The translations under genes were made by a program, and so were the position numbers. Shown piece by piece: positions 1 to 11,400 of a DNA stretch of 64,000 nt (the stretch's first letter is position 1; each line of letters starts with the position of its first letter). The stretch lies in contig NC_079172.1 of assembly GCF_947568905.1 (NCBI RefSeq), positions 53,878,001 to 53,942,000 of the forward strand, in the 5' to 3' direction. The DNA is from Ostrea edulis. Its lineage: Eukaryota. The notes under the pieces were generated by a model, which saw only the letters and a program-made list of their open reading frames with translations, had not been told where the DNA came from and searched no databases.

Positions 1-369
1 TTTATTAAATAGATAACTGACAATCAAAAAGGAATAACGTATATACAAGCACATATATAGAAAAATCCAATCCCTGAAGTAGCACCCAATATAAAAGTAC
101 AAAAGTAAAGCATCATCATCTCACAATATACCTCTCAATAGGAGTGACATATAAACATTCAAAAATGGGTGCTGCAGAAAGTAAAAATATCAATGGCACG
201 TTTCCATAGTAAAGGGACTAGACATATTTCATATTTTTCATAGTAAAGGACTTCGACATACATGTATCTGCATGCAACCTTACAATGCCACCGTCACAAG
301 GTAGGCTACAAAATTAAGCATTACATAATACGTTTCAAGAATAGGCTATCTTGTTAACGCCCCATAAAA

Positions 370-705
370 CAACCATTTGTGTTCTCTCAGAACTTTTCAA
401 TAGCATAGGAATTAGGAATTTATATTACTGACTAATAAAAACATTTATTTTGTACAAAAATAAGAGAAGCCTAATAAAACTACGTTAGATAACCGCTTTT
501 AGTGTAAAGAAATATAAAAGGAAGAATTATTGTCTTGCAAGACAACAATTTCTTAATCACCAAAATCACATACTCATGTGCCTGTTATGAAGTTAAAAAG
601 TGTTTGAAATAATTAACTGGTGTTATTACTGAAATATATAATATAGAGAAATTGTCATTGAATTCAATTTTTGATGACAAAATTACAGATACATGTAATG
701 CCCCT
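370..705 (-). mobile_element. Inverted, diverged copy of the 1680-2026 MITE
   Basis: Aligns in reverse complement (e.g. tactgactaataaaaacatttattttgtacaaaaa). Ends taatgcccct|ataa. The other end is eroded. Confidence 0.62.
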
Positions 706-1261
706 ATAAGAATAATAGCCATGAGTTCAGATAAAGATAACTCAATAAAAAAAAATTCCTTAAGTCAAAATTCTACCTTAAGTCAAAATTCTACCAAATA
801 TTTCACCTATCTGAGTTTCTTCTTCTTGACTGTATATTTGATAGCATGCATGCAAACTGTATCACATATGTCATAATGTCTACAGCGTCACCTCATTTGC
901 GGAAACATTGCTAAGTTTCCCAGAAATCCTGATCTTCACAAAGTCGTTAAAAAATTTACAGTGAATACAAATTCACAACATTTTCTGTTAACATTAGCGA
1001 TGGGTATGTCCGGGTAATGCAAAAAGGGGTTTAGAAAGTTCTATTAAGCCAGGATTTATTGGATGCCGTTCATTGAAAAAAGAGGTTTGAAATGTGGGTA
1101 GGGAAAAACGAATTTACAGTATGAATTTTATCTTATTTTCTCAAAATTCATAGTTACCGTCTTTATTGCTAAGACAACGTTGAAACAATGTTGAATGGAA
1201 AGTATAACATAACTTATTCCATTACTTGACTGCTTTTAGTCGAAATCATCTTGCAGAAGCC

Positions 1262-1440
1262 GATCATGATATAGGGTTCATGGCGGGTGTGACCGGTCAA
1301 CAGGGGTGCTTACTATTCTGAGGTACATGTACCTGGTTCCACCTCTGGCGTTTTCAGGGGTCCGTGTTTGTTCTGCTCTTAATTTTGTATTCTTTATTAG
1401 ATTTAAGAGATTGGTCATTGTTCATTATCTTCACTTTTTT
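1262..1440 (+). mobile_element. Penelope-like 3' tail fragment
   Basis: ggcgggtgtgaccggtcaacagggg...cacctctgg...ggggtccgtgttt...ttatcttcac, matching 14370-14543. Confidence 0.75.
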
Positions 1441-1598
1441 CATTTCCCCTTTCATTCTACAAAACCTTCTTTGACGGTACAGGAAATACTCCGTGCAAAA
1501 TCTAAACGAAAATTGATTCCGAGATCGTGGTATTTGGCTTATTCACGTCGTGTCTATCTAAAAACTCAAATATTTCATCTATACTGGTACTGTGTTTT

Positions 1599-2422
1599 AT
1601 GGTTGAGGTAAGGGAAGCTACTTTATACCACAATCATTTTGAATATGACCTGCTCTCCCTTCTTTTTTATGGATCTTAAAGGGGCATTACCTGTAAATTC
1701 GTCATCAAAAGTTGAATTCGGTGAAAATTGCTCTGTATTATATATTTCAGTAATAACACAATATTTAATTATTTTAAACACTCTTCAGCCTCAAAATAGG
1801 CACATGAATATGTGATTTTGGTGATTAGATAATTATTGTCTTGCAAGACAATGATTCTTCCTCATATATTTCTTTACGCTAAAAGAGGTTATATAACGTA
1901 GTTTTATTAGGCTTCTCTTGTTTTTGTACAAAATAAATGTTTTTATTAGTCAGTAATATATATTTCTATGCCATTGAGAGATTTTGAGAAAAAACGGTTG
2001 CTATCACTTTCAAAGCTAATGCCCCTTTACGTGTTTTCTTCCATTTCAGCATGGAGTCTTTCACTTCGACGACGACAGATTTGGTAATGTGACTGTGTAC
2101 AATAATATTTCCCGGCATCACATCGCTGATAAATCCAGAAATTCAGAATACTTGAACGTTGGACAAAAGTATATGGTGAACGGGCATAAAACGGACAGTC
2201 TCCAGAGTGGGCAGTCGCACAAAGTGCATTATGCTGATGATGTGGGAATTATTTCGAACAAAAACTCCCCTCCGAGTTCAATAAACGCGCTGGACAAAAC
2301 GACACAGAAAGAAATAAGTCGGAGAAGGCGTCGACGAATCTGTACAGTCATTCTTTTGTTATTACTGGCTTTAATTATCGGGTTTGGGATCGGACTACTA
2401 GTGTATTTCCTACTTCTAAACG
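1599..2422 (+). CDS. Gene A exons 1-2: cytoplasmic N-terminus and signal-anchor TM
   Basis: ATG GTT GAG|GTAAGG (phase 0) joins ttttcttccatttcag|CAT at 2050. Reads [11 protein letters not shown]...EISRRRRRR then [27 protein letters not shown], donor G|GTGAGT at 2422/2423. A polybasic run before the hydrophobic segment with no signal peptide indicates N-in type II topology (positive-inside rule). Confidence 0.8.
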
Positions 2423-5400
2423 GTGAGTAAATTTTCTCTAGTCATATCCACCTTCTAAAGTTCGTTATCATGGATTCATTGGTTCAATCGGTTGCTTCGG
2501 TTTTCCTCCGTAATTTTTTATATTCTCAGAAAATTTTCAGGGAGCATGTAGTCGCCGTCATGTCCGTCCGTCCGAGCCCATACCCCCTAAACCTTCCATC
2601 AGAAATTTATATAATTTATCACAAATGTTCCATGAGACAAGAACTTCTGAACAAAGGTCTTTTAATGTCATTTTGGAAAGGTTAAGGTCACTCAGAACAT
2701 ATAAAAGTTCCTTATTTCAACAAGTTTTTTTTATATTAAAGTTCCCATCTCCTAAACCTTTCATCAGAAATTTATCATAATTGATTACAAATATTCCTTG
2801 AGACAGGGACTTTTGGACCAAGGTCAAGTCGCACAGAACATATATACCTTAAAGTAAAAAGTTATCTATATCAACAAGTTTTTGAAAAGGAATTGATCAT
2901 ATATCACACAAATAAGTAATAAACATATGGCTTTCAGACAAAGGTCACTCAAGGTCATTTTGTAAGGTCAAGGTAATTCAGAACGTATAACTTATAGATG
3001 AAAAAATACTTCATATCAACAATATCCCAACAATTATTGATCGTTTGGACCAAGATCTCCTCAAGGTCAATTTTGGTAAGGTCAAGGTAACTAAAAATAT
3101 TTACCTTATACGGAAAATGTGCCTTATTTCAACAGTTTGTGAACAGGTATTGATCATATATCACACAAATAAATGATAGGGTAATGACTCTTAGACAAAG
3201 GTCACTCAAGGCCATTTTTAAAGGTCAATGTCACTCAACAATCAATATATACCTTATATTTGAAAAAGAAACCTTCGTTTCAACAATATCTCAACAGTTA
3301 TTGATCATTGTGCAAGTCATTCGTCATATGAAGTAGTTCATTGGTTTAAAATGCATTTCGGGGAGCATCCATCAATTAGTAGTTCATTGGTTTAAAATGC
3401 ATTTCGGGGAGCATCCATCAATTAGTAGTTCATTGGTTTAAAATGCATTTCGGGGAGCATCCATCAATTAGTAGTTCATTGGTTTAAAATGCATTTCGGG
3501 GAGCATCCATCAATTTTATTAATATTTTTGATCTATTCCAACGGGGTGGAGATATTGATTTCATTACAGCTGTTGGTTTCTCTTTCACGATTAGTGTAAG
3601 TTACAAATCATGTACGAACTATAACTCTGCTAGAATTATCTGAATGTTTCATATGATGTTGATCCTACTCGATAGGTTACTTAAACCAAAATAATGTCAT
3701 CAAAGTCACAAAAATGTAATATGGGCACCATATCTTGGAGTCTACTAGACTACCACCTATGCTTGCAATGGAGTCCAACTAAACTAATATCATATTACCC
3801 AAGGCTTATTTGACTATCATGGTCTTGTCAAAAGGGTCAAATTCATACCTTAATCAAGTGTTGAAATCTTAGTTGGGTAGTGACTTATATTTCCGTGTAA
3901 TTGCCTGGCGTGATTTCTATAAAGGTATCATATCATTGCCAAGGACCCAGAAGTAAGTCATTATCTTGAAATGGGATTATACGAATAGGGGTAAAGTCGA
4001 AGATCAATGAATGCCTCTGGGAATTAACTATGCTCTTCTTTCATACGCTACTTTAAAATCTTTCGCATGTCAATGCTCAAGACCTGTATCTTATATCACG
4101 TAATTTCAACAATTTTATGTTCACAGGGCAATGATTTGTAGAAATAGTCTTTGGCCTTTAACTTTGCTTGGCATACTTAGAATGACAATGCTTGTGCCCA
4201 TTCTGTGTCCCACGACCGAAATGATATAGCATGAAATGATAAAATTGCGCTAGGAGCAAGAACCGGAATAGCTTTCCATATATACATACATGTATATATC
4301 GTTTAAAGTCAGCATTTCGCACATTCTATGGTCGTTATAACGATATAGTTTGCCCCCCCCCCCCCCAATTGTCATTGGTTCAAATGCTGTCTGATGTATT
4401 TCATGTCAATTGTTAGACCGTTCTTTGCACACTGATTTTGAATACGGATTACTCCGTTCATCTGATCAAGATATATGGTGCACGGCGGGTGTGACCGGTC
4501 GACAGGTGATGCTTACTCCTCCTAGGCACCTGATCCCACCTCTGATATATCCAGAAGTTTGTGTTTCCCAAATCTTAATTTTGTATTCCTTAGGATTATC
4601 TCCCTCATGCATAGCTCTTATCCTTGGACGAATTTGGCTCCACTTTTTTGGCACGCTGTTTTTGGCTATATTTAGCTCTAAAACTTCATAGTTATTTCGG
4701 ATTTCAAACATTTCGGTTGAGCATTACTGAAGAGACATTATTTGTCGAACTGCGCATCTGGTGCATCAAAATTGGTACCGTATAAGTTTTACATTACAGG
4801 AGTTATGAGATTGATCACTGTTCGTTATCTTCGCCTTTTCATATATATATATATATATCTTTTTCTTTATAAAGCTAGTTGAATTTTTGCACTTTCATAA
4901 TGTAGAACTATGAATTGTTGTCATCAGAATTAAATATGTGTTACTACATATTTTGACACATCTCCTAGATTCTATAGAGGTGGGGTTTTTACTGAGCCTT
5001 AAAAACCCGCAATGTTAATACTCCGATACTACTTTACCTCAATCGTGACGTCACATCTGTTTACACAACTGGACGAGTGTGACCTCACATCTGCTTACAC
5101 AACTCGACGAGTGTGACCTCACATCTGCTTACATGTACACAACTCGACGAGTGTGACCTCACATCTATTTAAAAAACACAACGTCTGCTACCAAAAATGT
5201 AAAAGAATGAGCTATTGTTCCTGGAAATTGAAAATTATAAAATAGGAAGTTTGCTGACTGAATATCATGGAAAATGCTTGCCCTCGAACGTTGTTTCGAA
5301 GTGGACTTTGGAAGCACGGCCTGCTTTACCGCGCAATGATACGAGGCGGACATTTATCACGATATTCAGTCAATAACCTATAAATTATGAATTTTTTACG

Positions 5401-8400
5401 TTTTCTTTAACGAGTGTTGCAATAAAGCTAGACCAAATGTAAACATCGTTTGTTATCGAACGAATAAATATGTTTCATAAATGAAGTAGATTCACGAGTG
5501 ACAAAATTCGGACTTGATGATTTGCAATATATTGACATATCTGGTCAGGTTGGCTTTGACTATCTAATTGTTCAATCTAATCAAGTGTGCCTGACATTTC
5601 ACCCATTGGGCCAGTTTACGATACGAAATGTATCTATATATTAGTAGTATTTAATTTTGGTTTTTTTAAGTGAGCCTAGTGCTGGGACAATTTTAAGTCC
5701 AATCTGTGATTGTAAATGCAAAATGTGATATTATTTATAGAAAGTGTTATTTTATGTGATATTATGTCATGTCATTTGTTATTCTTTGTCTAACGTGCCT
5801 TTATCTGAATAAACATAATAATAATAATCTGAGCTTTGCAAAGTTGTAACTTTGTTCAAAAGTAAGCATATACATGACGGATATTGAGCAGCCCTGAATG
5901 CTTTTAAAGAACTTGATTAGAAAGGGAAATGGATAGAAGGCATGTGAAACATTGGTGAGAATCCATTGCTTGCTTTTTTTTTTCATACAATTTCAATACT
6001 TTGGGAATAATGAGGAATATTATCATATGTGCCTTTACAAAGAAGCTAAAAAAGTATGACGTCATAAGAAAAGATAGGTATATGACATGGACCCTATTGA
6101 TGATATGTGGGTTCCTTAAGCTAATTGTCATTATGTTCGTGCAATTCAGAGTTATTTTGAGGAAGAAAACTTTCATTTTTAAAAAAAATGAAATATTCTT
6201 GAAACACGTATAAACAATTGCTCCATGACTTTAATGGTCTTTACTAGTTGAAATTAGAAGTTGTTATAGATTGAAAAGTTGAAAATGTATCCATTTTTCT
6301 TGAAACACAATCTCTCTCGTTTTCAGAGGGAACTGGCGAAACCTTACAAGAAGCCCAGAAAGGTAAATAAGCAACTTTCATATTAGTGAATTAAAAGCAA
6401 TGGAATAAGTTACAAACGCTTTAGAATTTGGATTTTTTTTAATCATGTGTCTGTTTTACAGAATCTGTTATAGTGAAGCTTAAGCTACCAATTTTAAATG
6501 AAACATACACATCAGAAATGGGTGATATCACTTCCGGTGATTTTCGTCGAATATCAGAACCACTCTGTGAAGAGGTATTCTACTTCCTACTATTGGTTGC
6601 GATGACTTTACTCTTTATCATATAAATATTACACATCGCCTTTCATAAAAACATTTATTTTCTATTTTCGAACCTAATTTGTCTCTACTTTTTTATTAGA
6701 CATATGCTTATAACAATAATAATGATAATGACAAAAATATTGCTACTGCTAATAATGATTATCCGGTGTTTTCTTTCAGATGAAATTTTATTTTCAACAC
6801 GAAAAGGGCTTTGTCATGTGTAACGTCAATGAAATAAGGTAAATGACGAAATTAAGGTTGTTGAATTTAAGTAAGTGAAGCTTGCAGTACATATACTTAT
6901 AGTGTTCTACTAGTGGAAAACCATTTTTATAATTTCATCTTTCATTTTTCAGAAATGTTTCCAGATCAGTAGAATGTAAATGCAAATCAATCACACAGTA
7001 AGTAATGTTATCACATCAATCACACAGTAAGTAACACATCAATCACACAGTAAGTAACACATCAATCACACAGACATCAATCACACAGTAAGTAACACAT
7101 CAATCACACAGTAAGTAACACATCAATCACACAGTAAGTAACACATCAATCATACAGTAAGTTATGTTATCACATCAATCACACAGTAAGTAACGCATCA
7201 ATCACACAGTAAGTAACACATCAATCACACAGTAAGTAACACATCAATCACACAGTAAGTAACACATCAATCACACAGTAAGTAACACATCAATCACACA
7301 GTAAGTAACACATCAATCACACAGTAAGTAAAACATCAATCACACAGTAAGTAACACATCAAACAGTAAGTAACACATCAATCACACAGTAAGTAACACA
7401 TCAATCACACAGTAAGTAACATCAATCACACAGTAAATAACACATCAATCACACAGTAAGTAACACATCAATCACACAGTAAGTAAAACATCAATCAGTA
7501 AGTAACACATCAATCACACAGTAAGTAACACATCAATCACACAGTAAGTAACGCATCAATCACACAGTAAGTAACACATCAATCACACAGTAAGTAACAC
7601 ATCAATCACACAGACATCAATCACACAGTAAGTAACACATCAATCACACAGTAAGTAACACATCAATCACACAGTAAGTAAAACATCAATCACACAGTAA
7701 GTAACACATCAAACAGTAAGTAACACATCAATCACACAGTAAGTAACGATAACACATCAATCACACAGTAAGTAACACATCAATCACACAGTAAGTAACA
7801 TCAATCACACAGTAAGTAACATCAATCACACAGTAAGTAACACATCAATCACACAGTACGTAACACATCAATCACACAGTAAGTAACACATCAAACAGTA
7901 AGTAACACATCAATCACACAGTAAGTAACACATCAATCACACAGTAAGTAACACATCAATCACACAGTAAGTAACACATCAATCACACAGTAAGTAACAC
8001 ATCAATCATACAGTAAGTTATGTTATCACATCAATCACACAGTAAGTAACGCATCAATCACACAGTAAGTAACACATCAATCACACAGTAAGTAACACAT
8101 CAATCACACAGTAAGTAACACATCAATCATACAGTAAGTTATGTTATCACATCAATCACACAGTAAGTAACACATCAATCACACAGTAAGTAACATCAAT
8201 CACACAGTAAGTAACACATCAAACAGTAAGTAACACATCAATCACACAGTAAGTAACACATCAATCACACAGTAAGTAACACATCAATCATACAGTAAGT
8301 TATGTTATCACATCAATCACACAGTAAGTAACACATCAATCACACTGTATGTAACATCAATCACACAGTAAGTAACACATCAATCACACAGTAAGTAACA

Positions 8401-11400
8401 CATCAATCACACAGTAAGTAACACATCAATCACACTGTATGTAACATCAATCACACAGTAAGTAACACATCAATCACACAGTAAGTAACACATCAATCAC
8501 ACAGTAAGTAACACATCAATCACACTGTATGTAACATCAATCACACAGTAAGTAACACATCAATCACACAGTAAGTAATACATCAATCACACAGTAAGTA
8601 ACACATCAATCACACAGTAAGTAACACATCAATCACACAGTAAGTAACACATCAATCACACTGTATGTAACATCAATCACACAGTAAGTAACACATCAAT
8701 CACACAGTAAGTAATACATCAATCACACAGTAAGTAACACATCAATCACACAGTAAGTAACACATCAATCACACAGTAAGTAACACATCAATCACACAGT
8801 AAGTAACGTTCTCACATCAATCACACAGTAAGGTGTTCATATCACAGTCACAATATCTCTCAAAAATTACTCTATAGTTCAAGTATTCGTGGTCCTTTCA
8901 TTTAATCCAATCAAACACTGTCGGAGAAATCAATCAGATTTCAGTGATCTAAATAAGGCTAATTTGGTCTATATCGTAAGTAGAAATGATGTTATTGTCA
9001 AAATTTGATTCTCGTATCCAGCGACGCCGTTTCAAATTTAAGGTGTTTAGCATAGGTGATTCTTCCTTCGCCAGTCGCCCGGCATATAAAGTGAAAGTCG
9101 AGGTTTTTTTTCCGGATATGACTTTAAAACGGAGGTTCCGTGTCACTAGGCGTTGGCACAATAAAGAATGAAAGTAAGCGCCATGCATAGGTGAGAATGT
9201 GTGGCATCTTATCTAAAGCTGGTAACTATGGTGGCATATTTCTGCCTCCTATTTGCAAGTTATTTTTCTATAAATTATCTCAACATGCAAGATAATTTTG
9301 TTAACATGCAGCATAAATACATGTGTGTCAACCTGCAAGAAAAATATAATCAGATAAGAATTTGGAAAATTTTCAAAAATTATCAAAAATTGCCGACATG
9401 TGACTTCCATCATGCTAGATGCAACTTATTCATGTTGACATTCAACTTATTTATGTCAACATGCGAAATAAATATGTCGGCAGGCAACTTATTTATGTCG
9501 ACATGCAAGATAGATATCTGGACATGCATATTTATCTCATATGTCAACATAAATAAGTTGCATGTTGACATAAATAAGTTGTATGTCAACATAAATAGGT
9601 TGCATGCTAACATAAATAAGTTGCATGTCGACATAAATAAATTGCATGTCGACATGATTAAGCTGCATCTATCATGTTTGAAGTCACATTTGGGCGATAA
9701 TTGATAATTTTGGAGAATTTTACAAATTCTTATCTGATTACATTTTTCTTGCATGTCAGTATAGTTGTTGCATGTTGACATAATTATCCCGCATGTTGAC
9801 ATATTAATCTTGCATGTAGATGTAGCGTGCAACCCCAAAAATATATATATAAACAGTAAGAAGCGGATGGGCACCCTCAGTTAACTTTCTGAGGTACTAA
9901 TATTTTATTTCAATATATACATATAATGATTGGTAAAGGAAAAACTTGACTATTTGTCTTGAATTAAGTATGTACAGGATTTCTGATGCAGCTGGTTCTA
10001 TCTCTCTGAGCTCGGCTCATACAGCTCGGCTCTCGTCGCTCTTTCCGACTCTGGCTCTTCGTGGCTCCGGCTCTTACTGGTTCTTCGTGGCTCCGGCTCT
10101 TACAGCTCGGCTCTTTCTGGCTCTTCGTGACTCCGGCTCTTACAGCTCGGCTCTTTCTGGCTCTTCTCGACTCCGACTCTTACAGCTCGGCTCTTTCAGT
10201 GCGGTATTGCAATTATCTAATATTCATACAAAGCCAGGAAAGACTTGTGCAGTCACGTCTAAGGCGTTGTATAATGTTAAAAACAATTGCAATTTATAAA
10301 ATAAATTACCTTTCTAATTCCACGTCTTCACTCTCTGCCGTCACTGCATCAACTGCTTATCGCCCGAAATCTCCCGCTTATATACTACTTACAAAAACGC
10401 CATCTAGCGGGGAAACTATAACATTTAGAATACCCAAAGGCGGAGTAGGAATTTCCGAATTGTCACATAGACATAAATTATAGAAAAATAACTTGCATAC
10501 AGGGGGCAGAAATATGCCACCACAGGTAACGTCTCTACACGAGTGAAAAATAATTATCGAATGAGACGTAGAACAACAGACATGTATGGATTATTACATC
10601 AACAAAAAATGTACTGTGACGTCATGCTGTAGTGTCATGATTGTAATATTACATCATTTAGAGATTGTTACATTGTATATTGCATTATTCTCAGCGAAAC
10701 ACAGCTCGAATCAATCGTCAGTTCTCGTTAAACTCTGAGATAATGAAAAATGAATTCTACATTTTTGTCGGATGTTGGATGGCTCCCTCCCTCAATCTCT
10801 TTCTTCAATTCCTTGCAGTCAGTCTGGCCATTCCTCGCTGGAGGTGGTAGTCGATCTTACTTTCGTGGAGTCAATGAGAGGAGAAGATATTCTAAGGATA
10901 TTGGATACCAAAGCCAAAAAACTGTTCTTTGATGGATTCGAGGTTGTATTGATTAAGAATTTCATCGTGGATATTAAGGGAAGAGGTCAAAATGGTACGC
11001 CATTTGAATGAAAATATTCTGTGAATCATTTTTTCTTGAACAACTCCATTTAGTTTACTAATATTCATTTCTTCCTTAAAATTGATTAGATGCTTGTATA
11101 CCCTCACCTTGCCAAAACAGTGGACTTTGTCAGACGACAGACGATGGCGATATAGCCTGTGCATGCCCAACTGGATGGACCGGAAGTCGATGTGAATTTG
11201 GTTTGTTGAATTTAAAATTACTTACAAGTCACAAATTGCTAAACCTTTGTACAATGTACGTAATTTTTCGGATTCGTTCATATTAATTTCTGTGAATGGT
11301 TATTCTTGTTATCGATCACAGACGTCAATACCTGTATCCAGTTTCCTTGTGGAAACAACGGAGTCTGTCATGAAAAACTCGGAGAAGATTCGTGTATATG

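Larger units (their letters stand above)
4308..4842 (+). mobile_element. Penelope-like RT end plus 3' tail, split by the retrozyme-like insert and followed by (TA)n
   Basis: Matches 14218-14543. Confidence 0.78.
9225..10526. mobile_element. TA-flanked non-autonomous element with about 55-bp imperfect TIRs, enclosing a foldback and a short tandem array
   Basis: tggtggcatatttctgcc...tgcaagttatttttctataa at the left end and inverted at 10474-10526. Confidence 0.55.

Noticed and set aside
2051-2092. ATG at 2051 as the start of gene A
   Set aside because: It is out of frame with the TM exon and stops after 13 codons. The in-frame start is ATG 1599 via a phase-0 intron.
6985-8832. CRISPR-like appearance of the regular arrays (also 21465-22415 and 61500-61865)
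   Set aside because: There are no unique spacers and the context is eukaryotic. These are plain minisatellites.
9201-9874. ORFs of 167 and 154 aa on opposite strands
   Set aside because: They arise from the 21-bp-unit palindrome, with heptad-repeating translations on both strands.
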